Part shown: positions 12,881 to 25,159 of the stretch, one piece after another
How positions within the stretch are numbered: position 1 is the stretch's first letter
Layout of the letters: each line of letters begins with the position of its first letter
Source of the DNA: Chiloscyllium plagiosum
Lineage: Eukaryota
Assembly (NCBI RefSeq): GCF_004010195.1
Contig: NC_057718.1
Coordinates: 18,638,767 to 18,688,349 of the forward strand
DNA length: 49,583 bases
Reading direction: 5' to 3'
Program-made: the position numbers and the translations under genes
Notes under the pieces: generated by a model
Databases searched by the model: none
Seen by the model: the letters and a program-made list of their open reading frames with translations, nothing else
What the model was told of the DNA's origin: nothing

Positions 12881-14130
12881 ATAATAGGGGTTTTAATTTT
12901 CATAACGCAGACTGGAACTGGCAGAGCACTAAAGGATTTGATGACATGTAATCAATTAAGTGCGTCAGGAAAGTTTCCTCAAGCAATATATCGGGGGTCC
13001 TAATTGGGAAGGGGCAACATTTGAACTAAGAAATAGGTCTTGAGAGGTGAGTGAGGTGAGAGTAGATGTGCACTTTGGGATCAGTGACCATTGTTCTATT
13101 AATTTTAAAATAATTATGGATAGGGAAAACTTTCGTCCACAGTTTCAAGTTCTAAATTGGGACAAGTTTAATTTTTATGTACTTATATAGGAGTTTGCAG
13201 GGGTTAGTTTGAGTAGTCTGTTATAAACAAAGGACCTCGGGTAATTGGGAGTTTAATATCAATATGTTCCTGTGAGGGTGAAAGGAAAGATGATAGGAAT
13301 GAGGAACCCTGGATGACAAGAGATGTTTAGGCTTTGACCAAAAAAAATGTGGAAGTGTGGCTCAGGTACAGGCAGCTGGGATCAACGGAATCCCTGAAGG
13401 TGAACAGGAGATGCAGGAGTTTACTGAAGAAGGAAATCAGGAGGGCGAAAATTGGGTATAAGATAACCTTGACTGAGAAGATCAGGGTGAATCCAAAGAG
13501 GTATTTTAAGTATGTTAAAGGAAAAACATTAACTAGAGAGTGAATAGTTCGCCTCAAAGACCAACGTGGATATGTATGTGTAGTACCATAAGAGGTTGGC
13601 AATGTCCTCAACAAATACTTCTCCACTATGTTTACGGTGGATAAAGACATGACTACTTCGGAATTTGGGGAAATTAGTGGTGATATCTTAGGAAAAGTCT
13701 ATATCACATTAGAGGAGGCATTGGATGTACTAGATTGTTTGAAGTTGGATAAATCTCATGGTCCTTACCAGATATATCCAAGAACACTGCAAGTGGGTGG
13801 AGAAGAATTTGCGGCGTCCCTGGCTGATAATTCTGATCACCAGTTACCACAGGTAAGATCCCAGAAGACTGGAGGATAGCAAATGTTGTGCCCTTATTCA
13901 TGATGGACTGAAAAGTAATACCTGGGAAATACAGACCAGTAAACTTAACATCTGTGGTCAGTAAATTACTTCAAAGATTCTAGGGATAAGATGCTCATGC
14001 ATTGGGAAAACAGGGTTTGATTAAGAATGGTAAGCATGACTTTTTGAGTGAAAGTTCAGGCCTGACTAATTTGTTAAAGTTCTTTGATGACGTGACCAGG
14101 AAGGTTGACAAAGGCTGGCCGGTCGACGTC

Positions 14131-14331
14131 CAAACGTGTGGTGTTGGAAAAGCACAGCAGGTCAGGCAGCATTCCAGAGTAGGAGAATCCACGTTTTGGG
14201 CATAATCCCATCATCAGGAATGTCCAAGCCTTCGATACTCGTGCTTCTCGGATGCTGTCTGACCAGCTGGGCTTTTCCAGTGCCACACTTTTCAACTCTG
14301 ATCTCCAGCATCTGCAGTGCTCACTTTCTCC
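14131..14331. mobile_element. Fold-back PLE pseudo-LTR remnant (minus copy then plus copy)
   Basis: Left arm reverse-complements to attcctgatgatgggattatgcccaaaacgtggattctcc... Right arm is ggatgctgtctgaccagctg...ctccagcatctgcagt. It interrupts the CR1 motif between VDV and YMD. Confidence 0.8.
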
Positions 14332-14435
14332 AAGGGTAGATCTGTTCTATATGGATGTAAGTTACATCAGAACAGAATTTGGCGTTTCAGCTCCTGGACC
14401 ATGATATTCAGTTACAGGAGGACACCAATCAGCCG

Positions 14436-14460
14436 CCCCCCCCCCCCCCCCCCCCCCCCC
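14436..14460. repeat. Poly(C) run (25 nt)
   Basis: Directly visible, 58 bp before an assembly gap. Confidence 0.9.
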
Positions 14461-14518
14461 AACATGACCTCCCAACTCCTGTACTCAATACTCTGACCAA
14501 TAAAGGAAAGCATACCAA
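14459..14518 (-). mobile_element. CR1 ORF2 fragment running into the gap
   Basis: Minus translation GMLSFIGQSIEYRSWEVML, homologous to ~36040-36095. Confidence 0.85.
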
Positions 14519-15429
14519 NNNNNNNNNNNNNNNNNNNNNNNNNNNNNNNNNNNNNNNNNNNNNNNNNNNNNNNNNNNNNNNNNNNNNNNNNNNNNNNNNN
14601 NNNNNNNNNNNNNNNNNNNNNNNNNNNNNNNNNNNNNNNNNNNNNNNNNNNNNNNNNNNNNNNNNNNNNNNNNNNNNNNNNNNNNNNNNNNNNNNNNNNN
14701 NNNNNNNNNNNNNNNNNNNNNNNNNNNNNNNNNNNNNNNNNNNNNNNNNNNNNNNNNNNNNNNNNNNNNNNNNNNNNNNNNNNNNNNNNNNNNNNNNNNN
14801 NNNNNNNNNNNNNNNNNNNNNNNNNNNNNNNNNNNNNNNNNNNNNNNNNNNNNNNNNNNNNNNNNNNNNNNNNNNNNNNNNNNNNNNNNNNNNNNNNNNN
14901 NNNNNNNNNNNNNNNNNNNNNNNNNNNNNNNNNNNNNNNNNNNNNNNNNNNNNNNNNNNNNNNNNNNNNNNNNNNNNNNNNNNNNNNNNNNNNNNNNNNN
15001 NNNNNNNNNNNNNNNNNNNNNNNNNNNNNNNNNNNNNNNNNNNNNNNNNNNNNNNNNNNNNNNNNNNNNNNNNNNNNNNNNNNNNNNNNNNNNNNNNNNN
15101 NNNNNNNNNNNNNNNNNNNNNNNNNNNNNNNNNNNNNNNNNNNNNNNNNNNNNNNNNNNNNNNNNNNNNNNNNNNNNNNNNNNNNNNNNNNNNNNNNNNN
15201 NNNNNNNNNNNNNNNNNNNNNNNNNNNNNNNNNNNNNNNNNNNNNNNNNNNNNNNNNNNNNNNNNNNNNNNNNNNNNNNNNNNNNNNNNNNNNNNNNNNN
15301 NNNNNNNNNNNNNNNNNNNNNNNNNNNNNNNNNNNNNNNNNNNNNNNNNNNNNNNNNNNNNNNNNNNNNNNNNNNNNNNNNNNNNNNNNNNNNNNNNNNN
15401 NNNNNNNNNNNNNNNNNNNNNNNNNNNNN
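14519..15429. other. Assembly gap (N run)
   Basis: 911 N characters. Confidence 1.
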
Positions 15430-15555
15430 GTAGTGTTAGGTAAGGGATAAATGTAGGGGTATGGGTGGGTTGCACTCCGGCGGGGCGGTGTGGACTTGTT
15501 GGGCCGAAGGGCCTGTTTCCACACTGTAAGTAATCTAATCTAATCTAATCTAATC
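15430..15555 (+). mobile_element. Young HE1-like SINE 3' half with (TAATC)n tail
   Basis: Closely matches 34150-34292. Ends in ctgtaag(taatc)5. Confidence 0.9.
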
Positions 15556-16299
15556 AAATCAGAGCAGGACTTATATATTTAATGGTAAAGTTCTAGGGGG
15601 TGTTGCTGAACAAAGAGACCTTGGAGTACAGGTTTATAGTTCCTCGAAAGTAGAGTCGCAGGTAGATAGGATAGTAAAGAAGGCATTTGCTATGCTTTCC
15701 TTTTTTGGTCAAAGTATTGAGTACAGGAGTTGGGAAGTCAGGTTGTGACTATATAGGATGTTGGTTAGACTAATTTTGGAATATTGCATGCAATTCTGGT
15801 CTCCTTCCTGTTGGAAGGATGTTGTGAAACTTGAAAGGGTTCAGAAAAGATTTACAAGGATGGAGGATTTGAGCTAATGGGAGAGCCTGAATTGGCTGGG
15901 GCTGTTTTCCCTGGATAGTCGGAGGCTGAAGGGTGACCTTATAGAGGTTTATAATACCATGAGGGACATGGATAGGATAAATAGACAAAGTATTTTCCCT
16001 GGGGTGGGGAAGACCAAAACAAGGGCATAGGTTTAGGGTGAGAGGAGAAAGGGACCTAAGGGGCAACCTTTTCATGCAGAGGGTGGTGCGTGTGTGGAAT
16101 GGGCTGCCAGAGGAAGTGATGGAGGCTGGTACAATTGCAACATTTAAAAGGCATCTGGATGGGTATATGAATAGGAAAAGTCTGGAGGATTATGGGCCAA
16201 GTGCTGGCAAATGGGACTAGATTAGGTTGGGATATCTGGTTGGCATGGACGAGTTGGACTGAAGGATCTGTTTCTGTGCTGTACACCTCTATGACTCTA
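15556..16299 (+). mobile_element. CR1 (HER1-like) ORF2 C-terminus and 3'UTR
   Basis: Closely parallels 35903-36698. RGNLFMQRVVRVWNGLPEEV; ctctatgactcta tail. Confidence 0.93.
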
Positions 16300-17929
16300 A
16301 TTCAAAACTGAAAACATTTGCAAGGATCTGTTCAGTCCGAGTATGATATCTGTTTTACTTAAGGCCTGGTTCCACATATTTGAGAATTCATATGTACATG
16401 CAAATTTGGTGAGCAGGAAAATTTGGTGGGCTGGTCCATCATCCCTTCTGCAGACACCATGACAGCCAAACAGTTCCTCTTTCCCCTACTCCTCTCTCTC
16501 TCTCTCTCTCTGATCCACCCCAAACTCACAACAAAACACCATGCCTCATCCAGCCATATAATCTCCTTGAGGAAGCAAGAAGCAGCAGAGAGAAACAACG
16601 GACTCAATGAAGAACACTCTGAGAATGCCCTCACTAGCAAGCTTTCTCCTGGATAATTCCTGCCACCAGTAGCAGCTTCTGTCACTGCTTAATTATGCTG
16701 GATATTTGACAATGTGCAGAGTCTATTTGAACATGCGGAATGTCAATATCTGAGCTATCTCTGGGGAGGATGATGCACCTGATGATATATTCTCAAGGTC
16801 TCTTCTACAGTGACCTTGTTTCGCTGATAACGACTGAGAATAGCAAAGTGGAAGCAAAGTATTGGATAGCTGATGGACATTTACTTGAGAAGGTAGGTGA
16901 GTATGTCATGGGCCTTGCTGAACATTTGCCAAAGCAAGTATCATAGCCCGTAGATTGAAACCGAAAATGAGCAAGGAGGTGAAAGTGCTGAAATATCTGT
17001 ACTCAGAACTTAGGAATCTAATAAGTGGTAAGCTTTTCACAGAAGAAACTGTCACTTGGCTAAGATGAGCGAGGACAGAAATGTTTGCTTCAAATTGCTT
17101 GGAGTACAAGACATTGTTCATGGGAAAGCATCCCATGTGCTTTCAGGAAGTAAAAATGTCACTTCAAATTTATAACATCTTGCAAGAATAGCTAAGTGAT
17201 CTCATAAGGAATCTGCAACAAAATACATTTTTCAAAGTATGTAAGCCTCCAATTTTATTCAGTTATCACTGCAGGGTTAAACCCATCTGCTCCTGGTACA
17301 ATGCATTCCCCAGAGTGTCTGATATTGCTTTTTAAGCAAATGAAAGGGTTTTCATGTACCTCCCAGTTTAATTCACTCTCTTTGTTCATTGCTTGCTCAG
17401 TCCACTCACTGAAGCTTACACTGAATATAACACATGAAATTAGAGCACATTGTCGTCCCTTAGATGTTCATCTTAATGCTAATAATCTTTATGTGGGATG
17501 TGTTTCAACAAAGTCTTTTCATACTTAGAAAAGCCACATGTGTCTTTTTGTTCAATGCTCAATGCAGATCAGAAAATGCTGTGGATGTAGCAATTTTGTG
17601 CAAGAACAAAGGATTCTCACATACAGATTTTGTACTTATTGTACAGTGAGGGGAACTTTGATGGGGGCTACCACAGTCAAGTAGGACATTTTTGAATAGA
17701 AATAGCAATCGAGTCTGAGCGGGATTGGGCGTTCTCAGGACCATTAATATAAGGACTTGTAAACATAAGAATTGGGAACTGGAATAGATCATATAGTTTC
17801 TTAAGCATGCAGCTGTACTCTGTGGTCACGGCTGATCTGTTATCTCACTTTTATACACAAGCCCTCGGTTCCCTTAGTGTCAAAAGTCTATCAGTCTCAA
17901 TCTTGAATGTACTCAATGACGGAACATCC

Positions 17930-18270
17930 TGTGGCATAATGATAATATCAGTGGATTGGTAATCCAGAGGTACAGACTAATGTTCAGGGGTTAATGGGTT
18001 CACCCTGGCAGGAAGTGAAATTCAATAAAACCAGCAATTTTAAAAATGTTGTTCTGATTGAAAGACATGTTGATTGCCATTTGGTTCACTCATATCCTTT
18101 TGAATAGGAAATTTGGCATCCTGACCTGATCTGGCTTACACAAGACTCCAGAACCACAGAAATCAAGTTGACACATAATGAATAGGCCTATAAAGCCCAT
18201 CAATTCAAGGGTAATTGGGATGGGCAACAAAACCTGGTCTTGCCAGTCACAGTCCATGTAAGAATAAAGG
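17930..18270 (+). mobile_element. Second tRNA-type SINE family (LINE-like 3' tail), decayed
   Basis: gtggcataatgataatatcagtggattggtaatccagagg...ggttcact...gactccaga...gggatgggcaa. Related copies at 27400-27925, 43790-44000 and 44990-45125 (-). Confidence 0.65.
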
Positions 18271-18384
18271 AAATCAATGGGACACAGAATTCAAATGATT
18301 CACAACCTTCTGAGCACAAAATAATTTTCCCCTTAGTTCTCTACTCTCCACCCAAGGGAAATTATCTTACAGTATCTACAACAA

Positions 18385-19015
18385 TAAATTGTATTTATGT
18401 AGTGCTTTCAATATTATAGAATACCCAAGGCACTTTGCAGGAACATTATAAAACAAAATAGGATAGAGTTACATAAGTCAATATGAGATCAGATGAGCAA
18501 AGGTTTGGGCTGAGAGGTTTGAAAGAGTTCCTTATCGGAGGACATCAAGGTGGAAGGGTAGCAGTTGAAGGCACAGCCACATTCTTGGAACAATTAAAAG
18601 TTGGGAAGCAGGTCTGTCAGATGTTGCAGATGGTTGAGGTACTGGAGTAAATTACAGAGCTGTGGAGACAAGATTATGCAAGGATTTGAAAACCAGAGTC
18701 AGAATTTTAAAATCACAATGCTGCTTTGACCAGAAGACAATATAGATCAGTGAGTCTAGTGGAGGTGGGACTGCTGCAACCTCAGGCATGGGCAACAGAG
18801 TTTTGTGGGATCTCAAGTTTCCAGCTGGTAGAATGTGGGAATTGAGATAGGAGAACCTTGGAATAGTCAACCTCTGAGGTAATGAAGGGATGAATGAGAA
18901 TATCAGTAGCAGATAAACTGAGGCAGGGTCAAGTCAGGTGATATTACAGAGATGGAAATGGGGGTCTTAATGATTGAACAAATAAGTAGTTACTTTGGGA
19001 TCAAAAGTGACACCA
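18385..19015 (-). mobile_element. L2-clade LINE 3' remnant
   Basis: Minus translation WSKQHCDFKILTLVFKSLHNL resembles the L2 ORF2 C-terminal motif WLPV..RI.FKIL.LVFK.LHGL. Confidence 0.7.
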
Positions 19016-21020
19016 ATCAACCCTATTGCTATTCCACCACCACCTATCATTCTTCGAAATTCCAGAGAATTAAGGCTCGTTCTTAAAATAAAACTCTCCT
19101 GATAGGACAGTGGAGACAGCTATACAAAAAGGAACACTCAGAAGCAAAAATTGGCCACATTGACTCTTGGTGAGAAAATCTGGACCTGGAGGTGACAACA
19201 GTCTCTAGTACAGACTATGGAATGTTTAATGCCATACAAGGTGATACCAGACAGACCGCGCCACCACCATTGCCATGGCACTGAGATTCCTTGGCTATTT
19301 ATTGATTTTTCTGGTACTAGTGCTGGTGTGAGGCCACCCATTTCTTTTTTGTGGCTGTATAGTCATGAAGCCCTCATCAATGTCCTGTTCAGCAGATTTA
19401 TAAGAAGAGCTTGCCCTCCAGTGAGGATTTTCCTGGATAATCTCTGCCACCAGTAGCTGCTGTTGCTCAGGTGTGCTGGTTATTTTACCACATGCAGACA
19501 TTCCTGTTACAATATCTAAACCTTTTGGATTATATATCATAGTCTGAGCTGAAGCCTTGAATGATAAAACATTTGATTGCGCTCAGGTCCTCTTCTGCAC
19601 TGACATTGTGCAGCCTAAAAGGATGCAGAGTGAGGGTCAAATCAGTTTCACCTAGCAGATAGACATCAATTGCTTGAGAATTGCAAATATGAATACTTGC
19701 TGAGGTGAAAAAAGAAAGGTACAAAGGTAGTCACACTCAAATAAAACTTCCTGATGCATGTGGCCCTGATGAGCCATGGATTCTTACTGTTTGTTGAGGT
19801 TTGAGATTTTGCTGGAAATTCTGACCATGACGTATTCGATTTGCAGTGTAATCGAAGGAGGAGCTGATTACTCAAATGGATACTGGAAATTTATGAAAAT
19901 AGCCCAAGCCTCATGCTAACAACTTCATTGTCACGTCCTGCTCACCTTGCCCTGTACTTACCTGATGTCTGCATGTATGAGTTCAAATAGAGGCATTAAT
20001 TAGGAAACTAAATGATAGATCAAGGCTCCTGGATCAAGGCACCACAAACTGGTTTAAAGACCAGATGAAATAAATTCAAGAATCAGTGATGTTATAAGTG
20101 TTCCTTTTCATCAGGGAAATCAGATATTGTGGCCTATCCACCCTAGAATGATGGCAGGGGAATAGGGAAGGGTGTGGTGGCGAAGGTTTATCAGGATTTC
20201 TGATTGCACATGAAAGGTTGATTGCTGCTGGGCATTGTTGTGGAGTCCTATTGTAGTGATGGAATATTCAACACCAAACTGGTGATAATTAGTCCACTAT
20301 CTATTTGTTAGAGCATGAATCAAGCAGATTCAGAAGCATCAATCCGCTCGGAGACTGTAATGCAAAACAGAATTCCACTCATTGCGAGCTGCAGCATAAT
20401 AGGTGTAAAGAAAAGCATCACAGATCAGAAATCGTCACGTACACCTCTGTGAATAAGTATGGCTTTGAAATCAAATCGGCATCTCATGATCCAAATTCAA
20501 GACTTCAAAGGCTGCACCATAAACCTTTAATTACTGGGCACATGTGCAGGAGCAATGGGAACCTTTGACATATTGAAAGCTATATCAGCAAGGCTTGTGA
20601 AGAAGCGTGTCATTATGTGAACTCATCTGATTTCATCAAACATTCACAGAAAGTTATAGTTTAAGACTCTTTCTTGAAGTGTTGGCACCACAGGCCATAA
20701 TTTTCTCTTTTCTTTTGAAAATAATTTAAATGCCTATTTTTCATCGTAATTTCTAACCCATTTTCTATTTCTGTTCACCTCCTTCAAACTAGAATAAATT
20801 TGTAAAGAATGCATATTAAGAGAAAAAGTGAGAAAGGGAATAATAAAGAGAGCGAACGATAGAAAAATAAAGAACATTAATGGTTATCCACTACTCTTTG
20901 TCTGAATTTTTACACTATATTAAAATTGTGCCACAATAAGCAAGATTTACCAGTGAATACAGAGTTGTCAGCTTTAGGGCGTCATTAGCTGCAGCCTAAT
21001 GTCAGTGTGGCTTAGTTGGT

Positions 21021-21520
21021 NNNNNNNNNNNNNNNNNNNNNNNNNNNNNNNNNNNNNNNNNNNNNNNNNNNNNNNNNNNNNNNNNNNNNNNNNNNNNNNN
21101 NNNNNNNNNNNNNNNNNNNNNNNNNNNNNNNNNNNNNNNNNNNNNNNNNNNNNNNNNNNNNNNNNNNNNNNNNNNNNNNNNNNNNNNNNNNNNNNNNNNN
21201 NNNNNNNNNNNNNNNNNNNNNNNNNNNNNNNNNNNNNNNNNNNNNNNNNNNNNNNNNNNNNNNNNNNNNNNNNNNNNNNNNNNNNNNNNNNNNNNNNNNN
21301 NNNNNNNNNNNNNNNNNNNNNNNNNNNNNNNNNNNNNNNNNNNNNNNNNNNNNNNNNNNNNNNNNNNNNNNNNNNNNNNNNNNNNNNNNNNNNNNNNNNN
21401 NNNNNNNNNNNNNNNNNNNNNNNNNNNNNNNNNNNNNNNNNNNNNNNNNNNNNNNNNNNNNNNNNNNNNNNNNNNNNNNNNNNNNNNNNNNNNNNNNNNN
21501 NNNNNNNNNNNNNNNNNNNN
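21021..21520. other. Assembly gap (N run)
   Basis: 500 N characters. Confidence 1.
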
Positions 21521-21752
21521 AAATGCAGTTCAACTTATTAGTCGTACCTTGTTCTCTGCTTTTTTCCTTCCTGCCCTGACTATTTGACTTGCTCCTTTTC
21601 CCAACTGTACCACTCTCAGATCGATCTCTTCCATCACTATTTCCCTGGGTCTCACTCCCCCACCTTACTAGTTTAAAATCCTCCCGAGCAGCTTTAGCAA
21701 ATCTCCTTGTCAATATATTAGTCCCCTTCCAATTCAGATGCAATCTGTCCTC
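21521..21752 (-). mobile_element. CR1 ORF1 esterase C-terminus and ORF1/ORF2 junction
   Basis: DRLHLNWKGTNIL..RFAKA (SGNH esterase DxxH motif), followed by NKLNCI (start of ORF2). Confidence 0.82.
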
Positions 21753-21970
21753 AAACCTTGCTGCTCCCTTAACCAAGCTTTTCCTGTGTGTTTATTGCAA
21801 TTATTTCTATTCAGAGATGTGTTTAGGATAGTATAAGACTATTCCGTTGCAGTGTGAAGAGCATGCTACTCCTGCCATGTTTCAAGTGATTCCAAGTGAG
21901 ATGACACCCTTTATACTCTCAGGTCACATGTTATGATACACCAATGATATATGAGCCTGTCTCTTGAAGG

Positions 21971-22284
21971 TTAGATTACTTACAGTGTGGAAACAGACCC
22001 TTCGGTCCAACAAGTCCACACCGACCCTCCGAAGAGCAACCCACCCAGACCCATTCCCCTACATTTACCCCTTCACCTAACACTACGGGCAATTTAGCAT
22101 GGCCAATTCACCTAACCTGCACATTTTTGGACTGTGGGAGGAAACCGGAGCACCCGGAGGAAACCCACGCAAACACGGGGAGAATGTGCAAACTCCACAC
22201 AGACAGTTGCCTGAGGCGGGAATTGAACCCGGGTCTCTGGCGCTGTGAGGCAGCAGTGCTAACCACTGTGCCACCGTGCCGCCC
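21971..22284 (-). mobile_element. Full-length young HE1-like V-SINE
   Basis: Reverse complement begins gggcggcacggtggcacagtggttagc, with B box ggttcaattcc, V-domain and gtaatctaa tail. Very similar to 33952-34292. Confidence 0.95.
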
Positions 22285-22659
22285 CCAAGGTAAGCTGGAA
22301 TATTATGCATGAGGCATAACACAACAAGGGGTATATGATAGGATACCATCCCAAGGCAGTCTTCTCCCTAAGCAGCCTTGTCCCTTAGACAGCTCTAACC
22401 TTTCCAAATGTAAAATGAGATTACTTCTAACATGTGAAAACCATTAACATAATATTTCATGTTTCAGCTGTAGATCACTAAGATGAACTCTGTCAACAAA
22501 ATCAGGGAGAGGAGATGGGGCGATGGAGAAAAGGGGAGAGGAAAGTAAAGGAAGAGAAGAGGTTGGGGAGGATAGGGAGAGGAACTGTAGTAAGACTGGA
22601 GGTACCTCATCAGGAAGAGGAAGACCAGATTTGTGACACAACTTGAGAGGAGTGGGATA

Positions 22660-23150
22660 GCACGGTGACTCAATGGTTAGCACTGCTGCCTCACAGCACC
22701 AATAACCCAAGTTCAATTCCAATCTCGAGTGACTGCCTTTATGGAGTTTGCACATTCTCCCCGTGTCTGTGTGTGTTTCCTCTGGGTGCTTCAGTTTCCT
22801 CCCACAGTCTGAAGATGTGCAGTTTAGGTGGATTGGTCCCTCTAACTTGCCCGTACTGTCAAGGGATGTGCAGGCTAGATAGAATAGCCATGGGAAATGC
22901 AGGGTTACAGGGATAAGGTAGATTAGATTACTTACTATATTAGATTACTTACAGTGTGGAAACAGGCCCTTCGGCCCAACAAGTCCACACTGACCTGCCG
23001 AAGCGCACCCACCCAGACCCATTCCCCTACATTTACCCCTGCACCTAAAACTACAGGCAATTTAGCGTGGCTGTGTCTGGACGGGATGCTCTTTGGAGGG
23101 TGAACTCAATGGGCTGAATGACCTGCTTCCATTCTGTAGGGATTCTATGA
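22660..23150 (+). mobile_element. Older HE1-like SINE containing an antisense young SINE 3' fragment (~22919-23071)
   Basis: Host head cacggtgactcaatggttagc. Insert tagattagattacttac...gcaatttagcgtggc. Host resumes at tgtgtctggacgggatgct and ends at gggattctatga. Confidence 0.9.
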
Positions 23151-24094
23151 GTGGGATGGGATCAGTTAAACTTACCTTAGCCCCAGAAATCTCTTCCAAA
23201 AATACCTAGGGGATTGGAGAGCTTGAAGCATGTTTAATTTGCCTGTCCCTCAAAAGAATTCCTTTTAATCGAGAAAGGAGCAAAGTTCACCATGGACAAC
23301 AGGATGAGAAGTTAACTTCAGCTGACATTGACAACAAGACAAAATGATCTTTGTCATTTGAAGAAATGACACCTGATTGTGGGTGAGAAAGTGAGTGGAT
23401 CTTTCATAAGTGGAGCAGGAACAAGGCATCAGTTTATCAATGACTAATGAGACATGTCATGATGTAGGAAAACGTTTTGACGCAGAATGATGAAGGCCAG
23501 GTTCCTAAGACGTGATTACAGAGGTTGAGATAGTGACACAGTAGTAGGTTTGTGTGGAGGTGGACAATCTCCTTTCAATTCAGCCTCATTTACCAATTAC
23601 TAGCTGATTTGTACATGAAGAACTTGTCGGTTTAATAACACTTAAGATGAAAGAGGGTTAGCTAAGTGGGGATCTGTGTCAGAGTCAAGGTCTTACACTC
23701 TTATTAACATATATCTATGCACATGTATAATTGGCATTAGAGGTTATATAATGGGTTTCTCCATGGTAGGTTAAGGTCATTTCTGAAGCCTACGAGTTAA
23801 ATACATAACCTGCAAGCCAAATGTAATACCAAATTTAACAGAAGAACTGACTTAAAGAAGAATCATAATGTTTCATATGCTGGATGAGGACCAATTCTAT
23901 GTTCAACACTCTCTGCACACTTCTATTAATTATTTATCATATTTATTATTTAACATTTTTATACATTATTTACCATTCATATGAAATCAGCTACATCTTA
24001 GATTACAACATGCTGAAGTAGTGATGGGTCATTAGAAATTGATACCAGTTTGATTAAACTTTTTGTTTAGCATTAAATTTATCACATTTCTCCT

Positions 24095-24365
24095 AAGTGC
24101 CAAGGAGATCTACAATTAAGTTTTCATGTGCAGGAGTAGCCAACGATGTCAACAAGAGAAATGACCTGTTAATGTTTTTGGAGTGACGTTGGTTGAAGGA
24201 AGAGTGTTGGCCAGACACTCTTTAATATTCACCAGAAGCATCAGAACTAGCAGGCAGGCAGAGATTTGATTAAATGGTCCATCCAAACTAAAACACTAGC
24301 TTTGACATTCAATTAGATTTATGATTTGAGCCCACACCCTTCGTGTTCAGAGGAGGGTTTACCAA
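24095..24365 (-). mobile_element. Deu-domain-type SINE remnant
   Basis: gtgacgttggttgaaggaagagtgttggccagacac...gatttgagcccacacccttcgtgttcagagg (B-box end). Related to 45670-45930. Confidence 0.5.
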
Positions 24366-25159
24366 ATAGGTACAACATGACAATCAACACCAGAGCAATG
24401 GGCAACTGAGGAGGCTGAAGAGTGATGTATTGAAGCTCATTTAAGGGACTTAGATAGACAAAATATTTACATATTTATCTTTACATGGCAGTCAAGAAAG
24501 GGGCTATCAATTTAAAGAACTTGGTAGAAGTACTGGTGGACGGAGATGAAGAAACATTTTTAAGCTCAGAAGGGATAAGGCCCTGGAACTCATTGTCTGA
24601 ATGGATGGTAGGAGCAAACCTTTCTTGTTTAAAATGCAAATACATTTAAAAGTATTGAAAAGTAAATGCAGGAGTGATGGGGTGGGATTGGAAGGGGGTT
24701 GGTGTGCATGGGTGTGGAAGCCTGCATCTGTGTAATGAATGTAATGAGGATGCAAGTGAAGCAAGTTTGTGGAATTGGGTTCTATACATAGTGCCAGCTA
24801 TGGATTATGCTGACCAAGGCTGGCTTAGTGGACTGATTAGGCAACTGTTGGAAACAAGAATTAGACATTTCACATGACATGAAGACATTAAATTGGTCAA
24901 TGATTAGCAGAGCAAGCTTTAGGCTTCAGGCCTGTGTTGACCAGAATCACTCCGTGTGGCACATCACATATGTGATAAAGGTTATTTGAAAAATGTTCTT
25001 GTGAAGTCAGGATAGGAGCAGGAGAGCCCCTCCTCCCCAACGGAAATCCTAAGAATTGTTGCCCACTAGTAATTGGAGTTTATGAAAATCCTTCCAGATA
25101 CTGAACAGCCAAATGTTGAAAATCAGAATAGAGGCCTAATTTGGAGGGAGTGCATGGAT

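Larger units (their letters stand above)
11222..14357 (+). mobile_element. Old CR1 LINE: 5'UTR, ORF1 (Zn-finger/coiled coil), ORF2 endonuclease to early RT; internally deleted and carrying three nested insertions
   Basis: RVTCSSCWI*E...DCICNKC (~11693-11775), AIPISNKCAVLENVGGD, DGSSSDVLWVELRYKKG..LGLYYRP, LLKKEIRRAKIG, LKLDKSHGP, LTNLLKFFDDVTRKVDKG, YMD at ~14349-14357. Confidence 0.88.

Noticed and set aside
14379..15524. Long ORFs of 348-370 aa
   Set aside because: Artefacts of translating through the N gap and the poly(C) run.
20999..21776. ORFs of 180-254 aa
   Set aside because: They span the second N gap; the real part is CR1 ORF1 debris.
23178..23207. Minus-strand 30-nt micro-exon (cctag...gtaagt)
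   Set aside because: Mediocre acceptor and no supporting neighbouring exons. Expected by chance in 50 kb.
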